DNA of 64,000 nt from Asterias rubens (lineage: Eukaryota), in assembly GCF_902459465.1 (NCBI RefSeq), contig NC_047066.1, positions 9,176,001-9,240,000 on the forward strand, given 5' to 3'. Positions 50,111-61,400 of this stretch are shown here, one piece after another. The notes under the pieces were generated by a model. It did not search any database. It worked only from the letters and a program-made list of their open reading frames with translations, and was not told where the DNA came from. A program made the position numbers and the translations under genes. Positions within the stretch are counted from its first letter, which is position 1; each line of letters opens with the position of its first letter.

Positions 50111-51789
50111 AGGAGGACCATATCCAAAAACTTTTAAAAACACAATGAAAAGGGGCCATTCATTATTGTATGACATGTTTAATATTTTCATTCAAAACAT
50201 GTTGTGCATTTTTCTCTCTCTCAAAAAAAGCATATAACAATTAACAATGATAATTCTGAATGGCGCCTAAAATATTATTGTATGACATGTTTACCGCACA
50301 ATATCATACTGCATAGCTTTGCTATTAGCATTCAGTCTATTAAGCCAATGGATGATATTGAACGATCAGACAGTTAGAGGTTTGACATTAGGGAGCTTTT
50401 ATTTTCGATGACGGATGGTTCTGCAACGATAATGATGACATTTTGCATCATCTGCGCATGCGTCTGCTTTGAGGATGGTGGCCCTCAATTTTTAAGACAA
50501 TGAATCTGCGTTGTGCTGAAAACCACAACGTTTGGCTAAAAACTACTAACCGTTGCAGAACCATCTGTTGTCGAAAACAAAACTCTTGATATGTTCCTTG
50601 AAGACGCAACACATTCACAACACGCAAGATTAACCTTGATGAGATCTGTGTTGAAATACATTGTGAAGCATTTCTTTTAATGGAGGCCTATATTTTGTTT
50701 TGATTTTTTGCCGTTGCCCTAGATTAGCAATAAGCACTGTACCATAGTGTTTTACAAGTCTCATGGAAACAAAACCTACTTGGTGGGATTCGAACATACT
50801 AAATCAGATGTACACACCTCTACTTGTTGAAAGCTTTGGTTATTTAAGAAAACGTTTTACTTTGACTTTTTAGTTTTAATCTTGATATAGTTTTGTATTA
50901 CTCTGTAAATTTCCAGTGTAAATAAACCAATATTTACTACAAATACATTTTACCAGTTCATTTTTGTTTAATTCTTCTGAGTATGTACATTTTGTATAAA
51001 GGATTATGTTTTGTCAAATCATACAATCTTCAAAAGCAAGCGTTTTTGTGGAAACTAAGAGTTTGCGTTTTTACATGTAGGCCTATGCATTTCCAGTAAA
51101 TATTTTTTTTCAAAAACAATTAATAAAACACCTGTTTGGGTCTTGTTAAAAACCTATCTGGTCTAGGAAACATTTTGAGCTAGAAAACCAATGGTCTTGT
51201 GCCCTCAAATTCAAGACAGCAGTTTTCATGACTACAGTCATGACAGTTGGTCTCTTCACTGGTTCCTAAAATAAGCACTTCAGTAAAAACATAATCAGTC
51301 CAAATATTTTGAAATGAATGAAATCATTCGAAATCAAAGAGGCATTAATACTGCAAATCTTATTGATGGGCGGTCTACAAATGATTTGAGAATTCATAAT
51401 TGTTATATAACTTTTTTTTTAGTAAATCACCTTTTCGTTGGTTGGATGAGGGCAACAAAAACTATTAAGATTTAACCAAACAAATTATATAATAACTAAA
51501 TCTGTCAAAAAATTTAAAACTTCTCACTAATTTCTTGTTTACAATGTATTATACATTGTAAACAAGAAATTTATGCAACCACTTGTGGGTGGACATTGCA
51601 AAGAAAAAATGGTTCAAAAATAAAGGACCTAATCAGGATCCTAGATGAAAACAACCCCGAATATCACCAACGGGTTTCCCTGTCGGGATAATTATAATTG
51701 CTATCCCCATTGAGATAAAAAAAAATCAAATTGGGGTTCAACTATACCTCTAGTGGGGTATATATCCTGTGTGAGTTACTTGTCCATAT

Positions 51790-54174
51790 TCATAAGTACA
51801 ATTCAAAGTCGATTCTCTTGGACTGATAGAAGTTCCCTTCTGATCCAACTTTCCGAACCCACACACCATCGGCGAAGAAGTCCTGATCCTTCCAATCCTG
51901 CATTTGTTGGCTTTCATAAGGTCCAAATTTATCTGCTTCATCCTTGTTTTCCCATTTGTACTCCCAGTAGGTTTTTTCGGGGTCAAATACGGTGGCAGCG
52001 GTGGGATTTGACTTTGCTCCATTTGAGTCTTTGCTGGCTGCATCTGGAATGAAAAAGGATTTCAGTTTTAAATCACATGCCAAATAAGTGTAATTTCAAC
52101 TTAAAGGGGAAACTTGATTTTCTTAGTATTAATGTCATCTGAGGGGTAACTGTAATAGGCCTAGCTGGCCTACATCAGATGTCTGGGGCAGGCAGCTACA
52201 TTTTTGTACTCCCAATGTTGTTGATAGTTTTATGAACCAGAGTAAAACACTTTACAGTTACGTGTATAAAAACAAGGCTAATAGAGAGGCCGAACTACAT
52301 ACAAGATGTTGTGACACGCTTATAGCAGTAGTGCAATAAGTGTAAAATAGTGCTTTAAAGTTTTTTGTTGTCATTCTCTAGTGCCAGCTCAAATAACAAG
52401 CATGCTATTCATGTTGTATATTTACCCACTTTGTGCGGTTGTGGAGAGGGACACAAACATCAGTAATAATGCCCTTTGTCAGGGCGAATCAGATGCAGCT
52501 TAGAAACAGTTTGTAAAAATGTTCCCTATCAAATCTGTTTAAAGGCAGGTTTGCAACATTGTTTTCTTTAAGGCAGTGGACACTATTGGTAATTACTCAA
52601 AATAATTATTAGAATAAAACCTTAATTGGTAACATTGAGTTGGTAGTATAAAACATTGTGAGAAACGGCTCCCTCTGAAGTGCCATAGTTTTCGAGAAAG
52701 AAGTAATTTTCCAGGTATTTGATTTCAAGACCTCAGATTTAGAACTTGAGGTCTCAAAATCAACCATCTAAACGCACATAACTTCGTGTTACAAGGCTGT
52801 TTTTTCTTTCATTATTATCTCGCAAGTTCGATGACCGATTGAGCTCAAATTTTCACAGGTTAGTTATTTTATGCATATGTTGAGATACAACTATGAAGGC
52901 TAGTCTTTGACAATTACCAATAGTGTCCACTGCCTTTACCCTTTGATTTAAACTCACCATCTGCAGATGAGCTGGTGACTCCATCTTTTTTTGAGACATC
53001 CTCCTTCGATGGTCCATCTCCAAACATGTCAAACATATCCTCATCTTTCTTACTCGATCCTGCCTCTTTCAATAAATGAGTAATCTTCTCAAACGTGTAC
53101 TGATATGCCTCATAGTTGCCGCTGGCAACGAGTTCGTCAACAAACCCCGTCAGTTTCAACATGCTTTCCTTATCCACCTCACTCCCTTCTTCCTCCTCCA
53201 ACTTGGCCTTCTTGGGACCCCATTTTCTCGTCACAGCTACCCCTTTCTTTTTCCCACCGCCAAGCCTTCGGACTGCCTTCGTGATAGTTTCCCCAGGTTT
53301 CAGAAACCCGATGATGTCTGCAAAGATTTTTGTTTCGAGTCTACTCGGCTCGGGTTCCGGGCTTCCTGTATTGATCTCATCGTCACCAATACGTTCTTCG
53401 GTTCCTTTCTCCGAATATCTCATCCAGTCGATGTTATCCAGCCAGTTGTCTCGGACTTCCTTGTCTTTCTTCTCGTAGTAGTTTCCATGCTCATCGAATC
53501 GTCCCTCTTGCATCTCCTCCGCTAGATTGAAGGGAGTCACACGGATACCCCCTTCAGCTATAACGGTAGCATCCTCTGCTCCTGAAAGTGTAAAAAATAC
53601 GGATATTTGACACTTAGGTCAGTGAAATTCAACGTCTACTGTGATAACAATGACATACTTATTTGAATTTAAAAATCTTTCACGAGTTCATTAGTATATT
53701 TTCGAGAGAACAATTCCGCTCTTTCTGTTTTTATTTAGGTATATTGTTGCTGTGGGGTGCTTCTTGGCAGAAGTTTACAGCTATTATCGGCGCACAACAG
53801 TAACAAGTTTACTCATTTGACAAAACAGCAGTGCATTATATTTTCTTTGGTACAAGTATTGCCCTCGCCTTTTCTTGATCTTACAAAAAGAGGCGAAGTA
53901 GCAAAATTTCATTTTCATTTCATCTACAGCAACTAACAGGTTACTAAAAAGACCTACCCTCTACATCTTCCTCCTTCAGCTCGTACTTATCAACCTCCTC
54001 TTTCTTATCATCCTCCTCGTCGCTATCCAGGGTGTGGTTGGAGCTGAAGGTTCGATTCCAACTCTTCTCTGCTGTTGTACTTGAATCGCCTCCAGCCCCT
54101 CCGGCAGCTCCTCCTCCTCCTGCCACTGGTGGAAGTTTTTCTTCAAAACGAACCTTTCTACCTGACACTGACAT
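51790..54174 (-). CDS. CD2BP2: CD2 antigen cytoplasmic tail-binding protein 2 (U5 snRNP 52K, Lin1 family), GYF domain, ~364 aa
   Basis: Exons 53958-54174, 52958-53581, 51790-52043. Motifs HTLDSDEEDD, TPFNLAEEMQEGRFDEHGNY, DNWLDNIDW, KPGETITKAVRRLGG and the GYF-type YWEYKWEN...GPYESQQMQDWKDQDFF...RIDFELYL*. A splice acceptor at ~54191 upstream of the ATG implies a non-coding first exon near 55.0-55.4 kb. Confidence 0.95.
52568..52938 (+). mobile_element. MITE family A copy in the CD2BP2 intron between coding exons 2 and 3
   Basis: TTAAGGCAGTGGACACTATTGGTAATT...AATTACCAATAGTGTCCACTGCCTTTA; nearly identical to the copy at 1-366. Confidence 0.88.
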
Positions 54175-55049
54175 CGTGCTGTCTTGAAGAGCCTGCATTG
54201 GATGGAGAAAAAAACATAGGATACATTGTATACCATAGATTAGACAATCACAGATACAAAATAAATAAAATAACACCCTACATAAAGAAAGCTTACGTTG
54301 ACCTAATTTTGTAATGGCAAAATGGGCCACAGAATGCGTCTAAATAATCTACTTTTTGGTAATTATCTTTTTTTAAATTTGTATCATCACTGGGAATGGG
54401 ATTTAACAATATATAAATATTAACACTAAGTTAAAGGGGGATGACAGATATTATGAATTGGTCTGTCAGAGCAGTGGTTTATTGCTAAAAATTATCATGT
54501 AGGCCTAATGTAATGTAGTTGCGGTAACGTAACCCTCCTGTCGACGGTTCTGTTATCGCAACTACATGTATTGTAATGCTGACTTTATTAATTGCGATGA
54601 TTGCAAAACCGGACCCTCCGGTTTCCGACCAGTACTAAGTAGTGTTGGCGTTATCAGACATTTTCTAATTATAACTTTTTTTTATGGGGGGGGGGGGGAG
54701 AGGGATGAGGCAAGGACACAAACGTTACCGTGGATTAATATTATATATAATTTATTTTTTAATGTTTTGTTAGCTTTTTATGGGGCAAAAATCTGCTAAT
54801 TTCACAGTTCGAGTTTATTGACTGGATCTAGCTCTGCAGAGTATGTCTGCTCACACAACAACCACAACTCTGACTCCTGAGGCTGAGTTGACTTCATCAT
54901 GTATGATTTTTTTCTTCTATTGGCCAATCTCATGATGGAGGTAGAAATGATCTCATCATGCTTATCTGTCAACACCACAAACGCTGAACAGTCATCAACA
55001 GCCAAATTGACAATAATTAAAATAACAATCAATATAAAAATAAAATGTC

Positions 55050-55496
55050 AATTTTAATTTTAAGATTAAGAATAACTTGCCGCTCGTGTTTAATTTCAAC
55101 ATTTCACAGTTGATCGTTCCCTTGATTACCGGCCTTAACATGATTTGTTTACTCTAATCACTATCTTTTGCAAAATCTTCTCACAACAAATCGGTATTAA
55201 CATATTAAAAGAGAAAGTTTACCTGAGTTTAGGAATTCAAAATCGTTTCGACGAAACTTTGCTTTGGGTTTGCCGATTGGTAAACCGCCACCAAGAGCTT
55301 TCGTACGGAAATGTTGACCCTCTAAATACTTGAAATTTAGTTTAAAACATCCATGTTCAGTAGAGGGCGCTCCTCAAAAATGTGCTCATCGAGCTCCATT
55401 TAATTCTACTCGCGGGAATTTTGTCGTCTGCTCTATCTGCAAGCAGAATTTGAAGTGTCATCTTTTTAGCTTTTTATAACACATTATATATTCACC
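55050..55496. promoter_or_regulatory. Probable bidirectional promoter region, CD2BP2/ANKRD31-like gene
   Basis: CpG-richer stretch between divergent genes; strong CTCF-like TCAGTAGAGGGCGC at 55357-55370. Confidence 0.55.
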
Positions 55497-58400
55497 ATGG
55501 ATGACGTCAGTGACACAGAAACGATAGTTGAGGAGTCTTTGGATAATTACGACTCGCCTTCCATTCTTACGGGGCTTTTCCAGTTGAGTATAAAAATAAA
55601 ATGAATTCAACATCTTTTCTGCCTGGTGTTTGTGGGGGTGGGCGTGGCGGTTATCTTAGTGAATAATATATATATAGTGATTGTCATTTACATTAATTGT
55701 CACTGGCAATGTCATTGCATTGTATTGTCAGTTTGTAAAGGGCCAAGTGTTATCAAAATAACAAAGTTTATCTCCTAAGCAAGATAAACCAAAACTTCTC
55801 AGTCGGTGTCAGTCTCAATTGAAGTGAACATTTTAGTTATAATTTTATTTAAACTTTAATTAATTTAATTTGTAGTATTGCTATTGATTGATGTTTTTTA
55901 TCTTTTTCTTTCTCGAGTATTGCATTATTTCTCAAGCCTGTCCTTTCGAAAGGTCTGATTGCTTTTTATTTTTGTAATTTTTAAAAAATTCAGCTTCAGA
56001 ATGGAAACACAAACAGCAGAAGAAAACAAAATGTACACCAGTGATGGTGAAGGTGCAACAGACTGTCCTATTGTCAATGTTGATGAGGTTGACGCATCTT
56101 CTGCTCAAATTTGTAAGTTAATCCACTCTCAAAAGAACAGCTCTATTACAATACTTTCGGTGCATTAAAAAACAAGTGGTCCTAACACTGCAACCACCAA
56201 CTTGGTGTTGTTACAGTTCTTCAACAATTTGTTCAAAAACTTTGGTTTTTAAAGAAAATTTAAGCAGTCTTTTAATTTAAACACATCCCAAGCCTATACT
56301 GAGATTTTTTTTTTTTCATCAATGTTCACTTTTGGCTTATGTTGAAAATGTAACTCTTGCTGTGTGATTGTCCTAATAATTCAGTCATTTTGTGGTGTTT
56401 TGATTGGCAGATAAAGCCACCAATCCAGAGAGTCACCCACTCTGTACCGACTCAGCAGATTGCCAAAGTGAGATGTCCGTGTCTATACTCACATCCAGGT
56501 ATGTCTTGGTCCCCCAATAGACCGATCCATTAAGCTCCGCCCCATTGCGTATTGAACAATCACAACCCATTGCACAACCAAAAGCCTGACACGTAAAGTC
56601 CCAACAAAATTTGACTTTTCAAACTTTTGATTGTATAAATACAAACTGCGTTTAGTACCAATGTGGCAATGTTTAGCCCCTTCATTGTTAAATAGGGATC
56701 CTGGGAGACTTCACTTTAACATTCCATACGAATCACCAGGAAGATGGTAGAATACCCCGCTTTTTGGATAAGCCTAGCCAACAAAATATAGAGTCATTCA
56801 GCTAGCCATTAGTTGTGTTGTAAGTCACAAGTTATGATTACTTTAAGTTCAGTTTCGTAAAATGATATTAAAACACCCAAGGGAATGTTGTCCCCTTTTA
56901 TTTCCCCCTTTTGTTTAGACGTTTTTAAAATTTGCCTGTTTTCATTCTTTTCTTTTTGTAACATCCCACAGGGTGCCAGAGAAGAGAATGCACTCCCCAG
57001 TCTTTGAACATGTTTTATCCTCAAAGTTTCCAAGATTTCATGATGTGGCTTCATCAATTGGTGCCGAGGAGGAAACTCTGTGTGATGGTAAAATCCTACC
57101 CCAAAAACTAATATCTTTGTGATAATCTCAGGCCTGAATTTATCTCAAACTACTTTAAGCATCCGGATCATCCGATTGCAGTCTTACATGTATTTCTTGG
57201 CTTAACTTGGTGGTGATTTCCTCAACTTGGTGTTTCCTTGGCAACATTTGTTTCATGTGTTCATTTATTTGCCATTTTCATTAAGCAAATTTTGAAAAAT
57301 TTATGGTGACTTTTCAAAACTTGATCAACTTTGTTTTGTGTGTAACCTCAAATACATTTATTGCTCGGGCCATTTGAAGGAGGTTTTGTGTTGAAGCAAA
57401 ATTGAATCAATCAAAGACAAAAGAATTATACATACATTCCATCATCAATATATTCTATTTTTTCTTTTTTTTTCTTTTTCAGATCTGCAAAGTTCTATGG
57501 GAGCATTGCATCATGAGCCTTCTTCTACATCATCCAGCTTTACTACATGCCCATCTCAACAAGACGTCTTACAAAATTGTGTTCAATCTCTTAGCCCTGA
57601 CTTCATGGACTTGAGTCATACAGCGCCCACACCCACTTCATCCAAGAGTGAAAGTATATTGCCAAAAGATAAGCTGGCAGACAGTTCTTCAAAATGTCAA
57701 GCAGTAACCAAGCCCATTTCTTCAAGGAGTTTAAGATTTGAGTTAGATGAAAATTCATCCAAAAACCCTCCAGAATGTCAAGCAATTTTCAAACACACTT
57801 CTTCTGCGATTAAAAGTCTTGAATTAGAAGATGACCCACCCGAATGTCAACCTTCAATCACGCCAACAGCTTCCAAGTGTATAAGTCTAGAGTCAGAAGA
57901 CAACCCACCCAATGCTTCACCCACCCATGCTTCCAAAAGTAGTCTTGAGTTAGAAGATAACTCACCCGGACCTATAGACTATGGAACCTTAGTTACGCCC
58001 ACCCATGCTTCCAAGAGTATATGTCTTAAGCTGGAAGACAACCCACCCAACCTGTCAGACTTCCAAGCTGACCCTTCAGAATCTCAAGCAGTAACCACCA
58101 ATCAATCAAGGAGTACAAGACGTGTGCATAAAGATACCCAATCTGAACCGACTCAGCATCACATCCCAACAATGCAATTGCTTCCAAACACCAAGACACT
58201 AGATGGGACTATTCTTACAAGGAGGATGCCAAGTCCTCTGCAAGAAAGTTCCATACCAAAACCCTCAAGTCCTATGCCGAAAATTGCTCAACCAATATCC
58301 TCAAACCCTTTACCAAAAGGTTCCCATCCAAAACCCTCAAGTCCCGAGCCCAACAAAATTGCCAAACCAAAACCCTCTGATCCTGTACCAAAAGATTCAC

Positions 58401-61400
58401 AACCAAACCCCTCAAATCCTGTGCCAAAAAGCTCCCAACCCAAACCCTCAAGTCCTGTGCCAAAAAGTTCTCAACCAAAACCCTCAAGTCCTCTGCCAAA
58501 AAGTTTCCAACCAAAACCCTCAGAGGAGCAACACGTCCCTGGAACACAACTGCCTCCAAGGAGCAAGACACCAGTTGAGATTGCCGATACAAGGAGCAGT
58601 TCATCTTATGATGAGACACTCTCTGTCTGTGTATCCAAGGAAGAGGATGAGGCAGTGATTGAGATAAAGAAGATGCAGCTAGAGATAAGACAACAACTGA
58701 TGCACAGTGGCAGAGACAAGAACATCGGTAAGAATAAAGATTGTAGGCATCACTAATTTTATAAACTGTTTTTTGTTTGCTTTTGTTGTTGCATCCCAGC
58801 TTTTATTTTTCCGTTTAGGCCCTACTAACTCAAAAAGAGCATACATGTACATCAAACTTCGGTACTTGAATCATAAAGTGAACAATTCATGAACTTATCT
58901 GCCCCACTAAAGCTGCTGAGTATACAGATCAATAAACTACTAAACAGTAACAATAATAGTAGTATTTAGCTTCAGATTTTTTAAGCCCTTTTCCAAACCA
59001 TTTTGGAAAGAAAAAAAGTGTTGCGAGTTTTGTTGTTACAATCTCTCAAATCATTTCAAACAATATTTTTCAGTCTATACAAAACAAAAATTCCCCAGAA
59101 TTTGTAATAGGCTCTAAACAATCACACTTGATAAATACGATGAGAATATACTCCATTAATAATAACTAAATTTCATCTATTAACTTAAATTTCAATGTAA
59201 AGACACTTTTTTATTATGCTATCCAAACACAGATGTTGGAAACATCAAAAAGGGTCTTCAAGACATGCAGGGCAAACTGCGCCAACTTGGGACCAAACAA
59301 CAAGAGCAGCGGCGTCAACTAAGTGTCAAGATGAGACAGCAAGCAGCATCATGCAGCAGTAGCCAATCACAGCTCCAGCAGCAGGAGGTAAAAGCACAGC
59401 TGCAGAACATGGCACGACGACAACAGCAGCTTCTCAAACTGCTGCAGTCTCATAAGGAGCTTGCTGCCACTCTGCATACCCAGTGTGCAGAGAATCGTGC
59501 CCTTCAGCAGCAGTCGGCAGACCCTAGTCAGGAACAATGTAACTTACTGCAGGATACATCATCTGTCAACAGATCGACCCACGAAACCATCCGCCAGCAA
59601 GAAGCAACAGTGTCCAATTTAACACAAACGACAAAAATGAAAGACGCGGCAACATTAAGCTCAGTGGAAGCAGATACTCCTGTTGTTCTGTCCCAATGCA
59701 TAATTACATTAGAAAGTCAAAACACTAAGCTACCAACAAGCAAGGAAGCGAGGTCATTTAAACCACCCTTCAAAGCGAAGCAGGATTTAAGAATGTCATC
59801 AGCACAACAACACACTGCTAACATCATGACAGATAGTCCCTCAAGACCTGGTTCCCAACTAGAGTCACCTGGAGCAGAGAAAACATCCTCCTCGGCTGGT
59901 TCTGAAGCACAAAGTCATATCATCAGCCTCGGGTCAGGCAGCATCCCTCCTCAAAGCCCACCCTTTTCCCAATCATCCGTCATCAGTAATGGAAACTTCA
60001 TTCCTGACACAGCAGGTAATGAGGGAAAAAAACTGCTCAATCCAAGAAGTAATACAGCACAAGACAAGCCTACCCACAAGCCGACTTGCATTCAAATGAC
60101 CAATCCCAATCTGAATCAGTCAAGCAATAACACCAGGCGAGGTAATGAAATGAATTATGGCACCATCAATAAAGACATTTACCAAGATACAAACCGAGAT
60201 CCCAAGAGTTTACGGCCAACATGGCCAAATAGCAAAAGCATACCCAGATCTGTGGACAACAGCCTCATCTCCAACAGTACGGCTGGCGGTTCTTTGCAAG
60301 CAGTTTCCAAAAGCAATCCCAGATCTGTGGACAACAGCCTCATCTCCAACAGTACGGCTGGCGGTTCTTTGCAAGCAGTTTCCAAAAGCAATCCCAGATC
60401 TGTGGACAACAGCCTCATCTCCAACAGTACGGCTGGCGGTTCTTTGCAAGCAGTTTCCAAAAGCAATCCCAGATCTGTGGACAACAGCCTCATCTCCAAC
60501 AGTACGGCTGGCGGTTCTTTGCAAGCAGTTTCCAAAACACAAATTGGAACAACTCTATCTGGAAATCAATCCATGATAAGAGTCATATCATCTGCAGCAG
60601 GGCAAAGCCAAGTCGATCTACAAGCAGCCCAACCACCAGCTAAAATCATCATCATATCAGACGAACAACTATCTTTATTACAAAATATTAGAGCCCGAGA
60701 ATCAACTCATCATAAAAACAGTGTTCCAGTAGCTCCAGTCAGAGTGCAAAATACCGCTCCTAAGACTCCAATACCCACGCAGGAAGCTCAGAAGGTTGCT
60801 TCAAGAAACCCCCATGGAGCAGCAGAATTGCCAACTGCAATTAATCCAGTGGGTTTCAGCATGCTCCACACAGCACCTCATTCAGACATCGTGTCTGCAT
60901 CATCTATACAGACCAAGGTCTCAAAGGCAATGGAACTTACACAATCCACAGTGACACCAGACAAGTCTAGAGACAGCCCAGCAGTTGAAAGGAACCCACA
61001 AGGAGCAGCAAAGACTCTGTCCAGCACCCACATAGCATCCTCAAGACTAAGTACTCAGCTGAAGGGGCCTGGTGAGGATGGGCAAATCCCATCCATGATG
61101 GAGTTACTACGAGCTAAGCTAATCCATCCGGGCGTGAATGTGCTTACCATAAAGGGCAAGGTAACTGGCAGACAAAATATAAATAGCACTTTACATGTAC
61201 AAAATAAATGTCAAGTATTAGCAAGGAATTTGATCTAGTGCTCGTGTTCATATTGTATGAAAAACCACTCTAAAACACTTAACGAACATGAACAGATGTT
61301 TGGCCGGAAAGATTCGGAACAATTAAATTTGAATTCTGAACAGTACCAAAGATGACATGGTTTCCATAGCCTAATTGATTTTACAACCATTGGGAAGGTG

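Noticed and set aside
60157-60576. Three extra ORFs over the 75-bp repeat
   Set aside because: Open only because the in-frame tandem repeat lacks stops in those frames.
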